A stretch of 64,000 nucleotides of DNA from Tubiluchus corallicola (taxonomy: Eukaryota; Animalia; Priapulida), in contig JAQGDQ010000068.1 in the NCBI GenBank assembly GCA_030141605.1, forward strand, positions 62,001 through 126,000. The letters are read 5' to 3'. Below are positions 1-14,400 of this stretch, piece by piece. The position numbers and the translations under genes were made by a program. The notes under the pieces are model-generated. The model was not told the origin of the DNA. It saw nothing but the letters and a program-made list of their open reading frames with translations, and ran no database searches. The number at the start of each line of letters is the position of its first letter. Position 1 is the first letter of the stretch.

Positions 1-244
1 GTTGACAACTAATTTGGGAACATAAGAGCCAAATACTCTTGACTTCAAGTCTTCCTTGCGAAAAGAAAAATTATTAATAACACCATTTGTTCGATATATA
101 AAATCTACGCGTATATAGTCCATACGGTTTATACCCTTTTGTAAGCAGATAATAAATTGTTGATTCTGTGCTGTTAACGGGTGGCTTGTAATGCTTGACG
201 GAGGGTTTCTTTTTTACTATGTGAATCTGTACTCCTTTTTGTAG

Positions 245-354
245 ATTTGGGAGGACTACCAGTTAAGATGGAACCCGTCGGAATATGCCGGAATACAGCA
301 GATCCGGATTCCGAGTGAAAAAGTTTGGATACCTGATATTGTGCTCTACAATAA
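245..354 (+). CDS. nAChR non-alpha (beta1-like) subunit, internal 110-nt exon (earlier exons lie upstream of the window)
   Basis: Acceptor tttttgtag at 243-244, donor gtaagt at 355. Translates [36 protein letters not shown](N), the loop A WxPDIVLYNN motif. Not in the ORF track. Confidence 0.95.
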
Positions 355-914
355 GTAAGTATATTGAAAAAGTCTAAGTATCATAGTCTATATTGCGCTA
401 AGCTTGTTTGCATTCTTCTTTTCACAAGTTCATTTGAAATACAACGTTTAAAACGCTATACAAAGTGCAATAAACTAAACTAATTACATAGAGAGACTGT
501 TTGTATTCTTTATAATCTTCTTAGTCAATAATTTGTTTCTTAATTACTTTCAATCTACGAAAAGAATGTGCATTGATTTGAGAGCGTAAACTCTTCTTAG
601 CTATATTTATTGTTTATTGTATGTTTTTAAATTGTATGACTTTCACTTCATTCTTTTTTAACCAAGAAATTTATTAGTTAGCCTAATTTGTTGAAGTTAA
701 ATAACTAAATTCAAGCATTACATGTTAATTAAAACAGAAAGCGTCGGTCTTTTTTAAGTTGTGTGCTCTGTAAATACCAAAAGCATCATTTAATTACGCC
801 TTTCTACAAGGGAAGCTGAGAAACTTCAACTTGCTATTTTTGTTTTTTTTTCTTGCAAACCGTTATAATAAGTGTGCACTTTCACTTTATCAGGATGCTT
901 AAATCCCTAATTAA

Positions 915-929
915 ATGATGATGATGAAG

Positions 930-966
<37 letters not shown>

Positions 967-1100
967 CGATGATGATGATGACAATATAGATGGTGATTAT
1001 GCTGATGATGATGTTGACGACGACGACGAAAACAACGATGACGATATCATGACGCTAATGGTGATGCTAATGATAATGATGACGATAGTGATGTTAATGA
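915..1100. repeat. (GAT)n microsatellite with degenerate GAC/GAT tail
   Basis: Direct reading; lies in a beta-subunit intron. Confidence 0.9.
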
Positions 1101-4100
1101 TACTTAAATTACGAAGTGTATGTAACTTAATTGTTAAATAGGGCATTTATTATAATTAGATTATGGAAAAGGCTATAGAAAAGTATAATGAGTGTACGTA
1201 TATTATGAAACTTAACTGTAATGGTTTTGACGCTGGTAAGTGCGCAAAACGCATGCTGAGGGTGCATGTTAGTAATCGTGCTCATTGTAAAGATGTTTCC
1301 GTTTTAAGGCACGTAAGTCCACGTGACTTTGATCACCACTGAAAATTATTAACGTAACTTGCCTAGACGGACGGCAATTTTAATAAGCTTATTCACTTTG
1401 GCAGTCAGGAAACTTATCGATTCCTCTTCTTAGGAATGGAAAATATCGAAGCTAATTACTGTCAAGCGATAATCAGACATCTGCTTTGCAGAATATTATG
1501 TATAGGCAAATTGAGATACACTTTTCCAAGCATGCAGACATTTCATAAGAAGAATTTCCAAAAGCTTCTGGACTATTCATCAACCAGAAGAACTGAAGCA
1601 TGCATAATGTGAAAAGGGTATGGAAAAATGCTAACAAAGTGCGCATCCATGTTTTGATCAATGAAAGAACATCTCTTGGGAACTAGAAATCTTGACGACA
1701 GCGTCTATAGATCCCTATTTCCTGTCCAGGATTTAACCAAACTCCGCAGGGTGAAATTTAAAAGCCAGAGCAAGCGATTGCCATAAATTACGAGGAACAA
1801 TACCGTTTTGTGTTGGTTGGCGAGAGGAATAGTTTTCGTCTTTTACAAGGATGTTGACGTTGATAAGAAATTTGAAAGACAAAAGTTCCTTTGCATGTTA
1901 TTAACTTTTAAAAGTAACAGTATAAGTGTTATGTGTAAAATATGCGCATAAATTGCATGCACTCATCTATTTCAGTCTTAAAAGTAGACCTTGTAGTTAT
2001 TCTCTGTACTAGATTCTAAGATGACTTTTGCATTTTTATTTTATGGATTGATTTTATAATTATATATTGTCGATAAAGAGCCCCATTTGCTCATGTGATT
2101 TATGTTAATGATCGACATTAAATAAAATTTGTCTTACTTTAAATTTATCCTGTCTTAGACCTAGTAGGCATGGTAAGGTTTTGGAAAAATCATCATGTGA
2201 ATATTGCAAGTTAGTTGACTGTATTTCGTCTACCACTAGCAAGCACCTGTTTGCATAACGCTTACTTGTTTGAAAGCCACATGCAACTGAAAAAGAAAAT
2301 TCTTAATAATTTAACTTGTTCGCGCTAGCTTAGTAAAACGTCACTTTTTCACTATCCCATTGTGCATTAAAAAACGTCACTGGCTCCCCAAAAACATAAT
2401 TTTAATCTTATTGACAAGACAAAGCAATTTATACTTTTGCTTAGTTGTGAACCAGCTCAACGAATGCGCTGGTTATTCCTTTAGTTTTTTAAACAAGGCA
2501 GGGCAATATTCGTGACTTTTTGTTCAGATTGGGATACATGGCTAGTGGACACAGTGTCTTTGGTGTGTGGAGCAACAAACAGTTGAACATTTCTTACACA
2601 ATAAATTGTGACCTTGTAAACCAAGAAAAAGGCAAAACTTCAGGAGAGAATTAGCAGATTGCACTATTTCCGACATTTACAAGAAGGAAATCTTTAATTG
2701 ACGCCTTTGTAAATAATGTAGAAGAAAATTTTATTATCGAAATATCTAAATGCTTAACTGATCTGCAAAATTTAGTTCATTCTATTGCTGTTCGGAAATT
2801 TTCCATGATATAACTCATAAACAAGCAAGGTATAGATATGCTCCTATAGATGGAAATATTCTTTAAAATCACTATGATAAATATGCGTTCTAGGTTAATT
2901 AGCGATTTGGCATGTTGCGTAATAATTTTAATAGCGGGAAATGTATTTTCATGTTATAACTTTTGACAATCTCAGTAACATTGTATTAGATAGACATATA
3001 TTTAACATAGTATCAACATTGTATTATTGCGTTATAGACAAAAACACTTTACATTGTTTTCAATGCACCCGTTTATCAGACCGGCTTTATCTGTTTTGCA
3101 GCTATTATTCTTGTTGGACTGTTTATGCGCAAATGGATACGCAGTAACACATAACACATTACGGGTGTCTGGTAAATGCCCGCTTTAATTCATTTCAGCT
3201 AATCTCTATTGTTTTACAAAATAAAATGAATGTTTACGGTTTTGTATAATTAAAACAATCTAAGATCCTATTAATATACGCGCATTATTACATGGTCATA
3301 ACAGATGCATAGTTCATTATCTCCTTGCACATATAACCTTTTATTGGGATGTGCAAACGGTTATGTTAGTTAGAGAACGTAAAAAAACACAAAGAACTAA
3401 AAAACACAAAGAGAACACAACTGTAGTGGGTACCGAAGTCGTAAAACCATTGCAGCCGTGACCACTGACAAATGCCGTTGATAAAGAATATTTCCTTGTA
3501 ACAAGCGGCTCATTTAATTAGAAAAAAATGTCATTAAACTTCTTCACCTTCAAATGAAGATAATTAACTGTTTTTTTGGTCGTGTAAGTCTACAATTGCA
3601 GCTGTAATACAGAAATATATTTTAGAATCTGATTATTATTTATTGCGTTGATGTATAATTTTAATTTATTTATTATAATTAAAAGAAAAAACAACATTGA
3701 ATGCACATAATATCACAAAAATTTTCGTCCTTTTTCTTCATTTCTCAAATTCTTCGCTTATCAGTAATTGTTAATTTTCAAAATGTAGATAGATAAGTAG
3801 TCAGATAAATAAAAGATCAAAATTGGATATTAATCACGTACACAGCTAAGATGACAAATTTCTGCCCTTATTTATTGTTTCCGGAACCTTACGAATGGTC
3901 CTTGCAACTCTTTTAAAAACTGTTGCCTGCAATACTACAGTTACATTTACTTTACTATTTACTTTTATTTAAATGCCACCACGTTCTCTTGAGTAATTTT
4001 CATAATGACCAAACAAATATGTACATCATTTGTCTGGGACGTAAAACTAGATAAAAGACAATGCAAATACGTGCTGGGTTTATTGGTCTTCATGTTACTA

Positions 4101-6649
4101 ATGTTTGCTCGGCATAGCAGGTGTTGATTATGAAATTATCCAGATATTGTTTGTATTTTGTCCAGTTATTGGGGACTGTCAGCATACTTGATGCTTGTGC
4201 AGTATTATAGCCTGTCACAATTTTCAATAATTTTGTTAGAAGGTAACGAATGTTGTGCAGTCTGCACTTATATCCGAAAAGTCTTGGTAAAATTACGAAA
4301 TTTAGTGAAAAGTTTTTAAGTAAAAAACAATCATGCATTACTAAATAAATAATGTATTTCTAAGAATTTCCAGAATACGGAACTTCTAAATTCTGGAAAT
4401 TTATGAATAACAAATAATCGGCATTTTAGCTAGCTTAGCTAGCTAGCAAGAGATCTGCAATTTATAAAACACTTTGGTGCATACGACTATTACACCCATT
4501 TACTACTTGGCACACTCGTTTATTTGTAGCTGACGTTTAGTTGATTACCTAGTTTGTTTATTTTCGTGTTAGTTTCGCTTTTTTGTTCTTAGTAATTTTT
4601 ATCCTTTTCACCTCTAGCAATCTCAGAACAGTTTGTATTTACCGCGTGAAAAGGGTATTTTGTAAGCTAATGTTCATAAAACCGACATTAAGGTAAAATT
4701 AGCTGAACCTGGCTAGTTTTTTTGCAAAAACTCTAAGAATGAAATTAGTTGATAAGATGAGGTCATTTTATACGTGACAATACATTCAATATAGCAAAGC
4801 AAAAAAGGTGGGGCACACCCAAATACCGTCCGACCCAATATATGATTATACTAATCACAGTATTGCTTTCTTCTATGAAGATAGACGTAATAAAGCCTGG
4901 TTTGCAACACTACAATACGTTGTGTGTAGTATACTTTATATCAAACGCCTAGCAGTTTCAACAATATATAGTCGTACATTATACATAAAAATTCCACACT
5001 ACAGAAAAAAACACTGCAATGTTAAAAGTACATAAACCTAAAATTCACACAAAAATTGCATTCGTACTTTAGTAGTGGATGGAGAGAGGGTGGTTTTTCA
5101 CATCCAGCGACAGCGTCATTCGTCGATTGGCCGGCTAGAAACAATGCCCGTGACACTGACGCGCATGCTCACGAACATTCCTTACAAAAACTCATTTATT
5201 GCTATTCTATCAATAAATTTACCCTTTTCGTGAATTTGTATCTTGAACGCGATTGCCTTCCTACTTTCATGATGGGAAATATCATTGTAAATCAAAAACA
5301 CTAACTTAGGCCTATGCTTACGACGTTCTTTTTCTGCAATAACTGCGAATCTTTTCCAGTAAAAATCTGGAAAAATATGCGCGGCAATATTGACCCAATC
5401 AACTCATGCAGTCACAACTCATTTATCCGTTCACGTGTAAATTTTGTTGACTTATTTCCACTACTTCGGGAGTGGAAATTTGATTACAGGGTTTGTACAT
5501 TTTCGTAAAGCGTCTATGCAATAATATGCAGAGCAAAAGGTCGCTTAACTTTCATTTTCATTTTTTGCTTAAAAAAATTGTAAACTAAGCGCCCTCAGTT
5601 CACGCTGTTATAAAATATCGACTTGTTGACAAGAAATTAATTTTGAACGATTCCTAACGTAATACGGACGACCTAGTTCCCGACTCTTTACAATTACACC
5701 ATTGACAGTAGAAATAATTCCACACTAGAATGTAGTTTAGAATAATCCACGTTGTACTTGAAATAGCTATATACATAAAATTGTACAATAAGTGTAAGTA
5801 TTGTATAGATATAAGTATAAGTATCTTTATTTATCACCTTTTTACAGGAAGAAAAACACAGTGCAAAAAACGTAATATGACGCAATGTAACAAAATTATT
5901 ATGATGTAATTTATCTGAGATATGATATTAAACTGATTGGTGAAAGGGTTGCGAAGAACTATTTTTTAGCCTAATGCTTCGGCTTATGATATAAATTTAC
6001 GTAGACGAAACTTTTTTGAAACTGTTGTATCCATAAGAGACGTTCACGTTCGAATTAAGTAACATGCAATAAGCTAAAAACTTCTAGGCGCTCAAAATGA
6101 GTAAGTTCGCGCCCAGTTTAAGTGACTTACCTAGTTCTTACTTGACAAGCATATGTTTTTTACTCAATTTTAATCTTAATTAATTCTATAAATTCAGCTT
6201 AGTTCACTGTTGTAATTCACAAACGTGATTAAGCTTTCTAAACAAAGTAACTACTATACTGATTGTTGGTTAATTGCATTCGATTTTCAGTATTTGAGAC
6301 CCTGCAACCAGTGTATAAAAAAATACATGCCTGATCTTGTACACAATTACAGAAGACTTTCGTTATAGAATTTCTTCAAGGGGCTACCTCGCTAAATCAA
6401 TTAAGACAGCAATAGAAACCTTCGTTGTGGTAGTAAACCGCGTTTAGTTAGTTACACTACATATTGCCCAAACAGACCATATCTAAAACGCTACCTACCT
6501 AAGAAACGAATAACTGTATTGCGTTGTACTAATTTAGGCGTTGATATAGTTATGACGTATTCATAAAACTTGGATCAAGTTTTCCCATCAGGTTGTAAAC
6601 ATAAAAGTTATGAATTTTTAACCATAAGTTATCTATTTACTATTTTCAG

Positions 6650-7655
6650 TGCAGATGGTAACTATGAAGTCAGTTACAAGGTCAACGTTGTGCTGTTCTC
6701 TCATGGTGAGGTCCTTTGGGTACCACCTGCCATCTACCAATCGTCGTGTACTATTGACGTCAGACATTTCCCATTTGATAGTCAGAAATGTGACATGAAA
6801 TTCGGGTCATGGACATTTAACGGGGATCAGGTTAGTCTCTCGTTTTACGAAAATCTCCACCAGGTGGACTTAAACGACTATGTGATCAGCGGCACTTGGG
6901 ACGTCATCGGCGTTCCGGCATTCCTTATCAATGACACCAAGACAAAGCCCACCAAAACCGCCATTTCCTTCCAAATACATCTTAGACGGAAGACACTCTT
7001 CTATACGGTCAACCTAGTGATTCCGTGCGTGTTGTTATCGTTTCTCAGTATTTTAGTGTTTTATCTACCGTCGGACTGTGGTGAAAAAATGACGTTAGCA
7101 ATCTCGTTGTTGCTAGCTCTCGTTGTGTTTCTCCTACTGGTCTCGAAAATTTTGCCTCCAACGTCACTGACTATACCGCTGGTGTCTAAGTATCTTCTGT
7201 TCACGTTTATTATGAATATTATTACAATTTTAGCGACTGTTATTATTATTAATTGGAACTTTAGGGGACCAACCACGCACCGTATGCCGCGTTGGTTTAG
7301 GCGACTTTTTATAGATTTTCTTCCAAAGATTTTGTTGATACGCAGGCCGCCAAAAGAAAATCAACCGTGTGGGTCTGGTCAGTCGAATGACTTTGACCAT
7401 CCAACGACTGTAACTCGCGGAGATGTAAAATATTTTAATGTAAATAACATGGGTGAGGCTATTGAGCTCTCAGACTTGCACCACCCAAACTGCAGACTGG
7501 GCAGACGCCCATCTAGTGAGAATAAGCCAAAATCAGACGAAGTGCAAGGTGAGGAAAATGAGGGTCCTATACCTCTGACTGCAGAAGCGCATAGGACAGC
7601 AACTGCTGTGGATTTTATAGCCGAGCATTTGCGAATGGAGGACGAAGTTTCAGTG
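6650..7655 (+). CDS. nAChR non-alpha (beta1-like) subunit, large exon: Cys-loop, M1-M3, intracellular loop
   Basis: Acceptor ttttcag at 6648-6649, in phase with the previous exon (AA|T GCA GAT = NAD); donor gtaagt at 7656. Cys loop CTIDVRHFPFDSQKC, FGSWTF, no vicinal cysteines in loop C, M2 GEKMTLAISLLLALVVFLLLVSKILPP resembling insect beta1. Confidence 0.96.
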
Positions 7656-10600
7656 GTAAGTAGAATATTAAAAATAATAACAAGAAAAGTTGTTCCGAGA
7701 AATAAAGGTTTCTAAGATTCTTAAAGAGTTACCAGGGAAAACTGAGTGTTGCAATGATGACAACTGAATATTTGTTTGAATATTAATTTTGATGTGTTTA
7801 ATTGGGTAAAAATATATACCTGTTATTCATCGTAGGATGTGGCAGATACAATTAGATAACTGTCAGATTTTGCTGCTACTTAGCAAAGTAATTACAATTC
7901 TGCATTTTCATTTATGATTTTTTTGTAACTATGATAATATGAATAACGCATTGTACTCTTGAGGAAAAAGGTTATCATAGTAGTAACGGGCATATATATA
8001 TTTCTACATATTCCAAAACCTTGTCAACGAAAGTTTTAAGCACGATGACCCAATGTCGGTTATAGGCATTGTAAATTAGGACATATAGTTTATAACAAAC
8101 GCTTATGGTATTGTTTATAGTCTTATAATGGTATACCAAACCAAAGCACTTGGGACACTTGGGTCTACTTTATCGCACTGTTTTATGACGAAACGACTTT
8201 TGCTGTTGACGGTTATAAATACAGCAGTGTCGAATTTGTGAATATATTAAAATATTTTTATGACCCGGTAAGCGAACGTACAGTAAACACGACAGTGGCG
8301 TGACTCATTTAATGACTGTCAGGTAATACGGCAAAAACCGTGGCTCAGGTGAAAATGTTGCAAGCGCAAGCTGTCACTAAAATGCTGTCATTAGGGGTTT
8401 TAATAAACCCGTTGCGCAAATATTTGAAGTTAATTCTTACAAGGTGTTCAATCACTTGTCATTTGACAGATGCGGAAAATTACCTGCACGTAAATTACAG
8501 GTATGATATACAGCATCAAACTTTTGCGAAAAGGGGCATCATATTTGAGCGAATTTATGGAATAAAATGTTTTAAGACAGAAATTAATTCATAACTTTAT
8601 AATTTATTTAGTATTACTTCATAAAATGATATAAGAAATGTAAAACATTGAACGAAGCGAAATCGATTCCAATTGATTATGTAAAAAATGCGCAAATATG
8701 CAAAAGTGCAAATTTCTTGTTGTTTAAAAATAACTTAAAAAACGACAACATGTTTGGAAAACATGACAAAATTTTGTAAATGACAAGAAGGTATGCACGG
8801 AAAATACTTTTGAGGGAATTTGGCGGGAACTGCTGAATTCGTTTGTCTGGTGCACATTCTGATTCTGACATAATTATAGTCAATCATTCACGAGGAGTTA
8901 CTTGACCCAGAAGCTTTTCATGGATAATAAATTGGACAAGGAAGAGGCGCAGTTATACGTATTTATCATCACCGTTATCGTTAGCATAATAATAACAATC
9001 ATCGTCGTCGTCATCACATCGTCGTTATCATCGTTGTATCTTTATCAATATCGTCGTCGTCATCACCACCATCATCATTATGATCAACAGCATTATCGTT
9101 GTGAAATTTGTTATTCAATCCACCCTTGTCGAGTTTTCATCATGTGAATTTTAGTCTAGGATTCTCAGCAGCAAAATCTTTGAAAGGAGTGAGTCATTGA
9201 GTCAACACCACCTTGTGAGGATTTATTCAATAACTAAACTTTTGACACACTTTCTTTCATGTTGGCAGTCTATAGCATCTACATGTTTGAAAACCGAAAG
9301 TGAATCTGTCTGTATCTTTAATCAAAATTTTGAATAATACCGTCAAAAGCCAACAGGAAAGAAATTCCGAGTGAGAGATTTACTGGGTTTTGACTAGAGC
9401 AGTCTCAAGCGGTTCTTACTGAAGCAATGACGGTAAAGTGCCCAAGTTAAGCTTTATTGAGTTAGTTTCAATTGTTCTTACTTATGTAGATGTGAGCTGC
9501 AGATGGCAAATTTAATGTTACGCAAATGTCGACCACAAGGTTGATTCCACTGGCCCAGCCAACCATGATTTCCGAAAGCGCTTTTTTGTTCTGCATGTAA
9601 TGTACTTGGTTGATTTGCATCATTAGCATTGTGTAAAATAGCAATGTTGTTGTCTTCAATAATGCTAAAAACCAAAATATTTGAAAAGACTTCTTGAAGA
9701 CCTGCAACAAGCTGGATCAGCCCTTGTTTGTGAAACAGATTTTCTGTCAGGACATCCATTTAAGTTGCTCACATACCGAGGTCTCTCATCCGTGTATAAA
9801 CAGCTTAAGTGCAAATCTTGTAATTGATGGTTGACTTGGGCCGAAGCATTTTTCTTTATAAGAAATGGTCAGCAAAGTGAACGGTGTCACAACACCTAAA
9901 CTTCATGTGTTTTCTTGGGTAGATTTCGCGGCAGAGTTCTTAGTACTCGTTAACAAGTTTGAAAGAGGCGGAAATGAATTAATGCACGTTATTCAGGCTG
10001 TAAGCGTTTGGTTTCTTTGTGATGTCAAATCAACATAACGCTTGAATAACCTAGAGGAAGACTTTTTAGCATTTCCTTTCCCTGATTTCTGAAGTTCTAA
10101 TGTAGTTCTTAGAATCTTACTGTCATTATCGCTTTTTCCTGCTGCTGCCCATGAACGTCACTTTTGTGGCTTGCTTTCAGTCGGTTACAGTCTTTGTATG
10201 TATAAATTTAGCTTTCTAAACACAGCAGTGCGGACATTGCAAGGAACTGTAATGGCTTCAAATGCAATATTTCGGAGGAATTTCAATATTGCGCGGAATT
10301 TTATTTCTTTCGGCAATTCAATGTCAATTACCTTCCCCCATGTTTTATTGCTTGCATTTGTTGTACAATTTGTGTTTGTTTTGTTTTGAACGCATAATGG
10401 GTAGCGAATGAAGTTTTATGCACAGTATAGACATTTATTGTGTATTAAAATTCACATTTGTGTTGCAAAGAACATTTCTGAATAATAGGCAGACTAACGA
10501 ATTTCCATTGAAACTTAACCAGACTTAGCTAAGGTACCATGCAAAAATATAATAAAGCCATGTGACTTGCCATGGGCTGACTTTGTGCCTCGATGTGTTA

Positions 10601-11149
10601 TGCCAACACAAACCACATGCAAAATGATGTTAGGCCATTACTGTTGTTTTGCTTAACGGCTACTTCTTTGTGTGTACTTTGGTTAGCAGCTGCCTTTGCT
10701 GCAAGCTCCTCTATATTCTTCCATTTCTTCCATATTTAACTATCTTTCTCACCCTGCTCCTTTTTTCCTCGATAATCGACACATTTGACAGGTTTCTTGC
10801 TTTGGATTGTAGAGTTTGTAAGAAAATCGGAAACATGCGTTGGTGTTAGCTTAGCAGCAGTTTAGTGACAACCTCGTTGCAACGGCGAATACCAGCGGAG
10901 AGGACAGAAAAATTCGGTCGATCGGTTGAAACCGAATGTGGTTGCAAGTCGAGACGACTGGCAGTATTAGAAATGAGGCTATGATACCAGATCACCATCT
11001 AGCAAGCACTACTACCGTATAGGGGCTTCTGTACTGTACATAGTAATGGAACATAGTACGTTTTGTGGTCAGTGGTGGAGAAATCGCGTCATGAAACACA
11101 TTAGTCTTGGTGTAATTAACTGACAAATTTTTTCACCTTTATCCAACTA

Positions 11150-11400
11150 TCAGTGTTTTAGCTCTCTGTTAGTGCAATGTTGTAAAATGATTAACTTAGT
11201 GGACGTAAGAAAAAGACTTGCAAAAAGTATTGTATTGAAATTATTAATGAGAGGTATGTCATTAATGTAGATAAGAAAAAGAAGTGGTCCTAAGGTGGGT
11301 TCCTTGTGTTGTACATCACAATTTAAATCTAAGTGCGGGTATACATGTATTGTACAAATCCACGAAGAATACTGCCGGTTTTTTAAACTTGAAGAAGGTG
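11150..11400 (-). mobile_element. Decayed non-LTR retrotransposon reverse-transcriptase fragment
   Basis: Minus-strand translation EPTLGPLLFLIYINDIPLINNFNTILFA matches the LINE RT motif (QGS)xLGPLLFLIYINDx...FADD. Boundaries approximate. Confidence 0.75.
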
Positions 11401-14400
11401 CAAAAACCAACAAGCTACGACGATGGTCTCGTCCTTTTATTGCTGTCACTGAGTCCACGAGGCTTAGTTTCCAAACTCTTCCAGGAAAAGCGACAGTGGA
11501 CAGATTTCATTAGTCTTTCTAGCCAGATTTTTGTTCAATGCAATGCGATGAAGCTCTCGACTAAGGGAACAGGATTTTAATAAGAGCAGGAAGCATTCGG
11601 TGAAGTAGGCTGCAGTGAACCTGCTGTTGGTGAGGCTAAGTAATAGCGATGCTACGTCGATACATTATTCAGCTCTTAAGTGCTTTGATCATTTTCATGC
11701 ATAAAACATTTCATTAAATGTCAAATTAACAGCGCTTTCCTAGCAAATTTAGAAAATATATTTGGGGTTTTTGCCGTTGCTTGATTTTTTTGTTTCTGTA
11801 ACTACAAGGTCAAACGAGCTGATTATAAAGGGCTCTGCCATAGTCATACAGAAACTCGTAGTGAATTGCTCTGTGGCCACCAGAAGTTTGCTTCTAGAAT
11901 TCTCTAATATAGCAAGCGAATAAAACGAGAGCGTGTGTATGATTTACTGGAGCTTAGTGACAGCGCTGTTATTCTCTATAGTCTAACTCTAATACTTTGC
12001 TGGCTGTTCAAAGGAATACTTTGTGGTAGCGAATTTAAAATCACTTCTTAAAATTTTTATTGTATAATATAGTAAACAATATAGTAAAATCTGTACGATT
12101 GTTGTAAAGTTAAGCTTGAAGGTAGAGTTCACTTTTGGTTGGTGATTTCATATTCTTTGCCTATGAGGACATTTTTTTCAAAAAAGCTATTTTATCTAAT
12201 TTGCAAAAGAGAAATGCACAAAAATTATTTTGAAATTTTGATTTTTTTTCAAATTACATGGCTCAGAAATTAAAGCTCCATCCTAATTGTGTCTATTCTT
12301 ATAAGTTTTGAGGAAGAATCACATCACTAATCACTTTAAAGTAAACAGAAGACAGGACGCTGTATGAAAACCCACTCTACTGGAAATGACATTATTGATT
12401 TTCTGAAACTCATAAAAAAGCCCGTGTTTTAACTTTCAGACAGTTTCGGGAGCGAAAAATATGTATTTCAAAAATTATTTGACTCTGTAGTCTGAGGGAG
12501 AAGCGAGACTTAGTAGTTTTTTCGCTAATATAGCTGAAAGTGTGGCCATAAAATTTAATAGAATTACCATCAACGGCAATAGAAGCAAGAGTTTACGCTT
12601 AAAGTGAAAACCGCGCAGTAATTAACGCTGAATGAATCACGTGAGCCTAATCATTAGTTGAAATTTTGTGTCACCCTCACACGCTACGCTATTATGAAGA
12701 AGTATAGCTGCGAGATACTGCGCCGCAGGCTAATTAGGCTAAATTAGCCATTTGTTCTGTTATTAGATAACCCGTGTAGTTATTACTAATCAGCATGGCC
12801 TATGCGCATCATTCTGGAGTGGTTTTAATGTTCATCCAAGGGTAGCAATTAGGAAGCTAGTTTGATAAGCTTACTGATAACAAGTTATTCGTGGCTCAAC
12901 TCAACACTCTTATGGGAAAATAAATTTTGATGTTCTGTTCTCTAACAACTTTATGGAAATATCGCAACAGAGAAATTTAAGTACTTTTAAGCATTTTTGT
13001 CGAAATTATAATTAAAAATACAAAAACAACCTGAAAAACAACAACAAAAATGGCAGATAAGATTTTTTCCTTGCCTACTTCAAGTACCAGGATTCCTATA
13101 CGCGTTCAGGTAAAATATACAAATGACATGCTTGCTGGCGACGCGGTCTCAAGATAGGTCTACCTATATCCAAATATGATTAAATATTAAATGTTTATTT
13201 AACATATTTGTCTCAGTTTCTGATGTTTTTCAAATGAAATTGAAGTACCGGACAGGGGATGACTCTAGCAGAGATGCATGATAGGTGGGTAGAAAAGTGG
13301 GGGACTGGGAGAGTAATAAGGAATGGGGAGTGGGGGACAAGTAGCCACATTGTTGCAATGGCGTTGGAGACAACAACAAGACCAAACACCTCATTAGAAT
13401 GATTGTATTATTGGTCTTCCATATTAATTTAAATCAATGCTTCTGATTCCAAATTATTTCTTTAATAGCAAGTCTCATCTTAAGCGCTGCCAAAATAAGG
13501 TATCGCCTTTTCAATCACTTTGCAAGAATTTTCATAACTTTGTGCGGCTTTTTGTTCTATTTGTGCAAAAAAGTGCTATTGTCCAGTTTTTAGGGTAGAC
13601 CGGTCATGCACTTTCGATCGGGTCGCTAAGCATGGCACAGATCTGCATTTTATTTACACGATCATTAACATAAATTCTATATTCCTCTTACAGAGAATTT
13701 AAAGTATTACATTTTGTATCGCTCATCTTTGGTCTTATTGTTTCCCCTACATGACATCCATTACTGTATAAACATTAGTCCCGGAATAACACAAAGGCAA
13801 CCCGTTTTCACAAATGAAACCAATAATATTGGATGCAAAGGAGCGATCTGGGCTTATTGTCGGTTCTTGCTCCTCTATTGAACCTTTGAAGGGACTAACT
13901 TGTCTCCTATCTGGATCGATGTAAAAGTCAACAACTTAGATGACATCCGAGCCTCTTATATAAATACGCCTTATCCCGAGGCAGACTTCTATTATGGAGT
14001 CTTCCACTGTTTGAGTATGACCATCGCCAATGACCGAAGCATAGAAATAGACCAGTACATGATTCCTTAAGGGATCCGTTTTGATGGTCGTATTTTCATA
14101 TAAGGTTATGTAAATGTGGATACTTAATGGCCTCATCTCAGTAGCGGATTGTATTAAAGAGAATATAAGAAGTCTTCAGTCGGAATAGGTCCAACATTGC
14201 TAAATTGTGGTCGCTTACACACACGCGCTCGCTCGTTCGCACGCACACATGCAGGTTTCATTTATTAATTTATTTGTTTTGCAGGGTGTGAATGGAAAAT
14301 TTCCATTCTATTTTTTTCACAAACTATATTTGTTCACTAATTTTTTCGTTTTATTTAAATGAATTTTCAAGCCGCAGACAATTTTTGTTGTCCAAACTTG

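Noticed and set aside
4365-4401. 12-bp hairpin aatttccagaat / attctggaaatt
   Set aside because: Short, AT-rich and intronic, with no other supporting structure.
8902-9147. ORF with a hydrophobic stretch and poly-His
   Set aside because: Produced by a degenerate (ATC)/(GTC) microsatellite.
9400-10150. Overlapping minus-strand ORFs with coding-like composition in the beta intron
   Set aside because: No recognisable motif or splice pattern; possibly an old transposon, but I cannot support a call.
13936-14136. HTQTVE motif reminiscent of DDE transposase C-termini
   Set aside because: Single short motif; no termini or further motifs seen.
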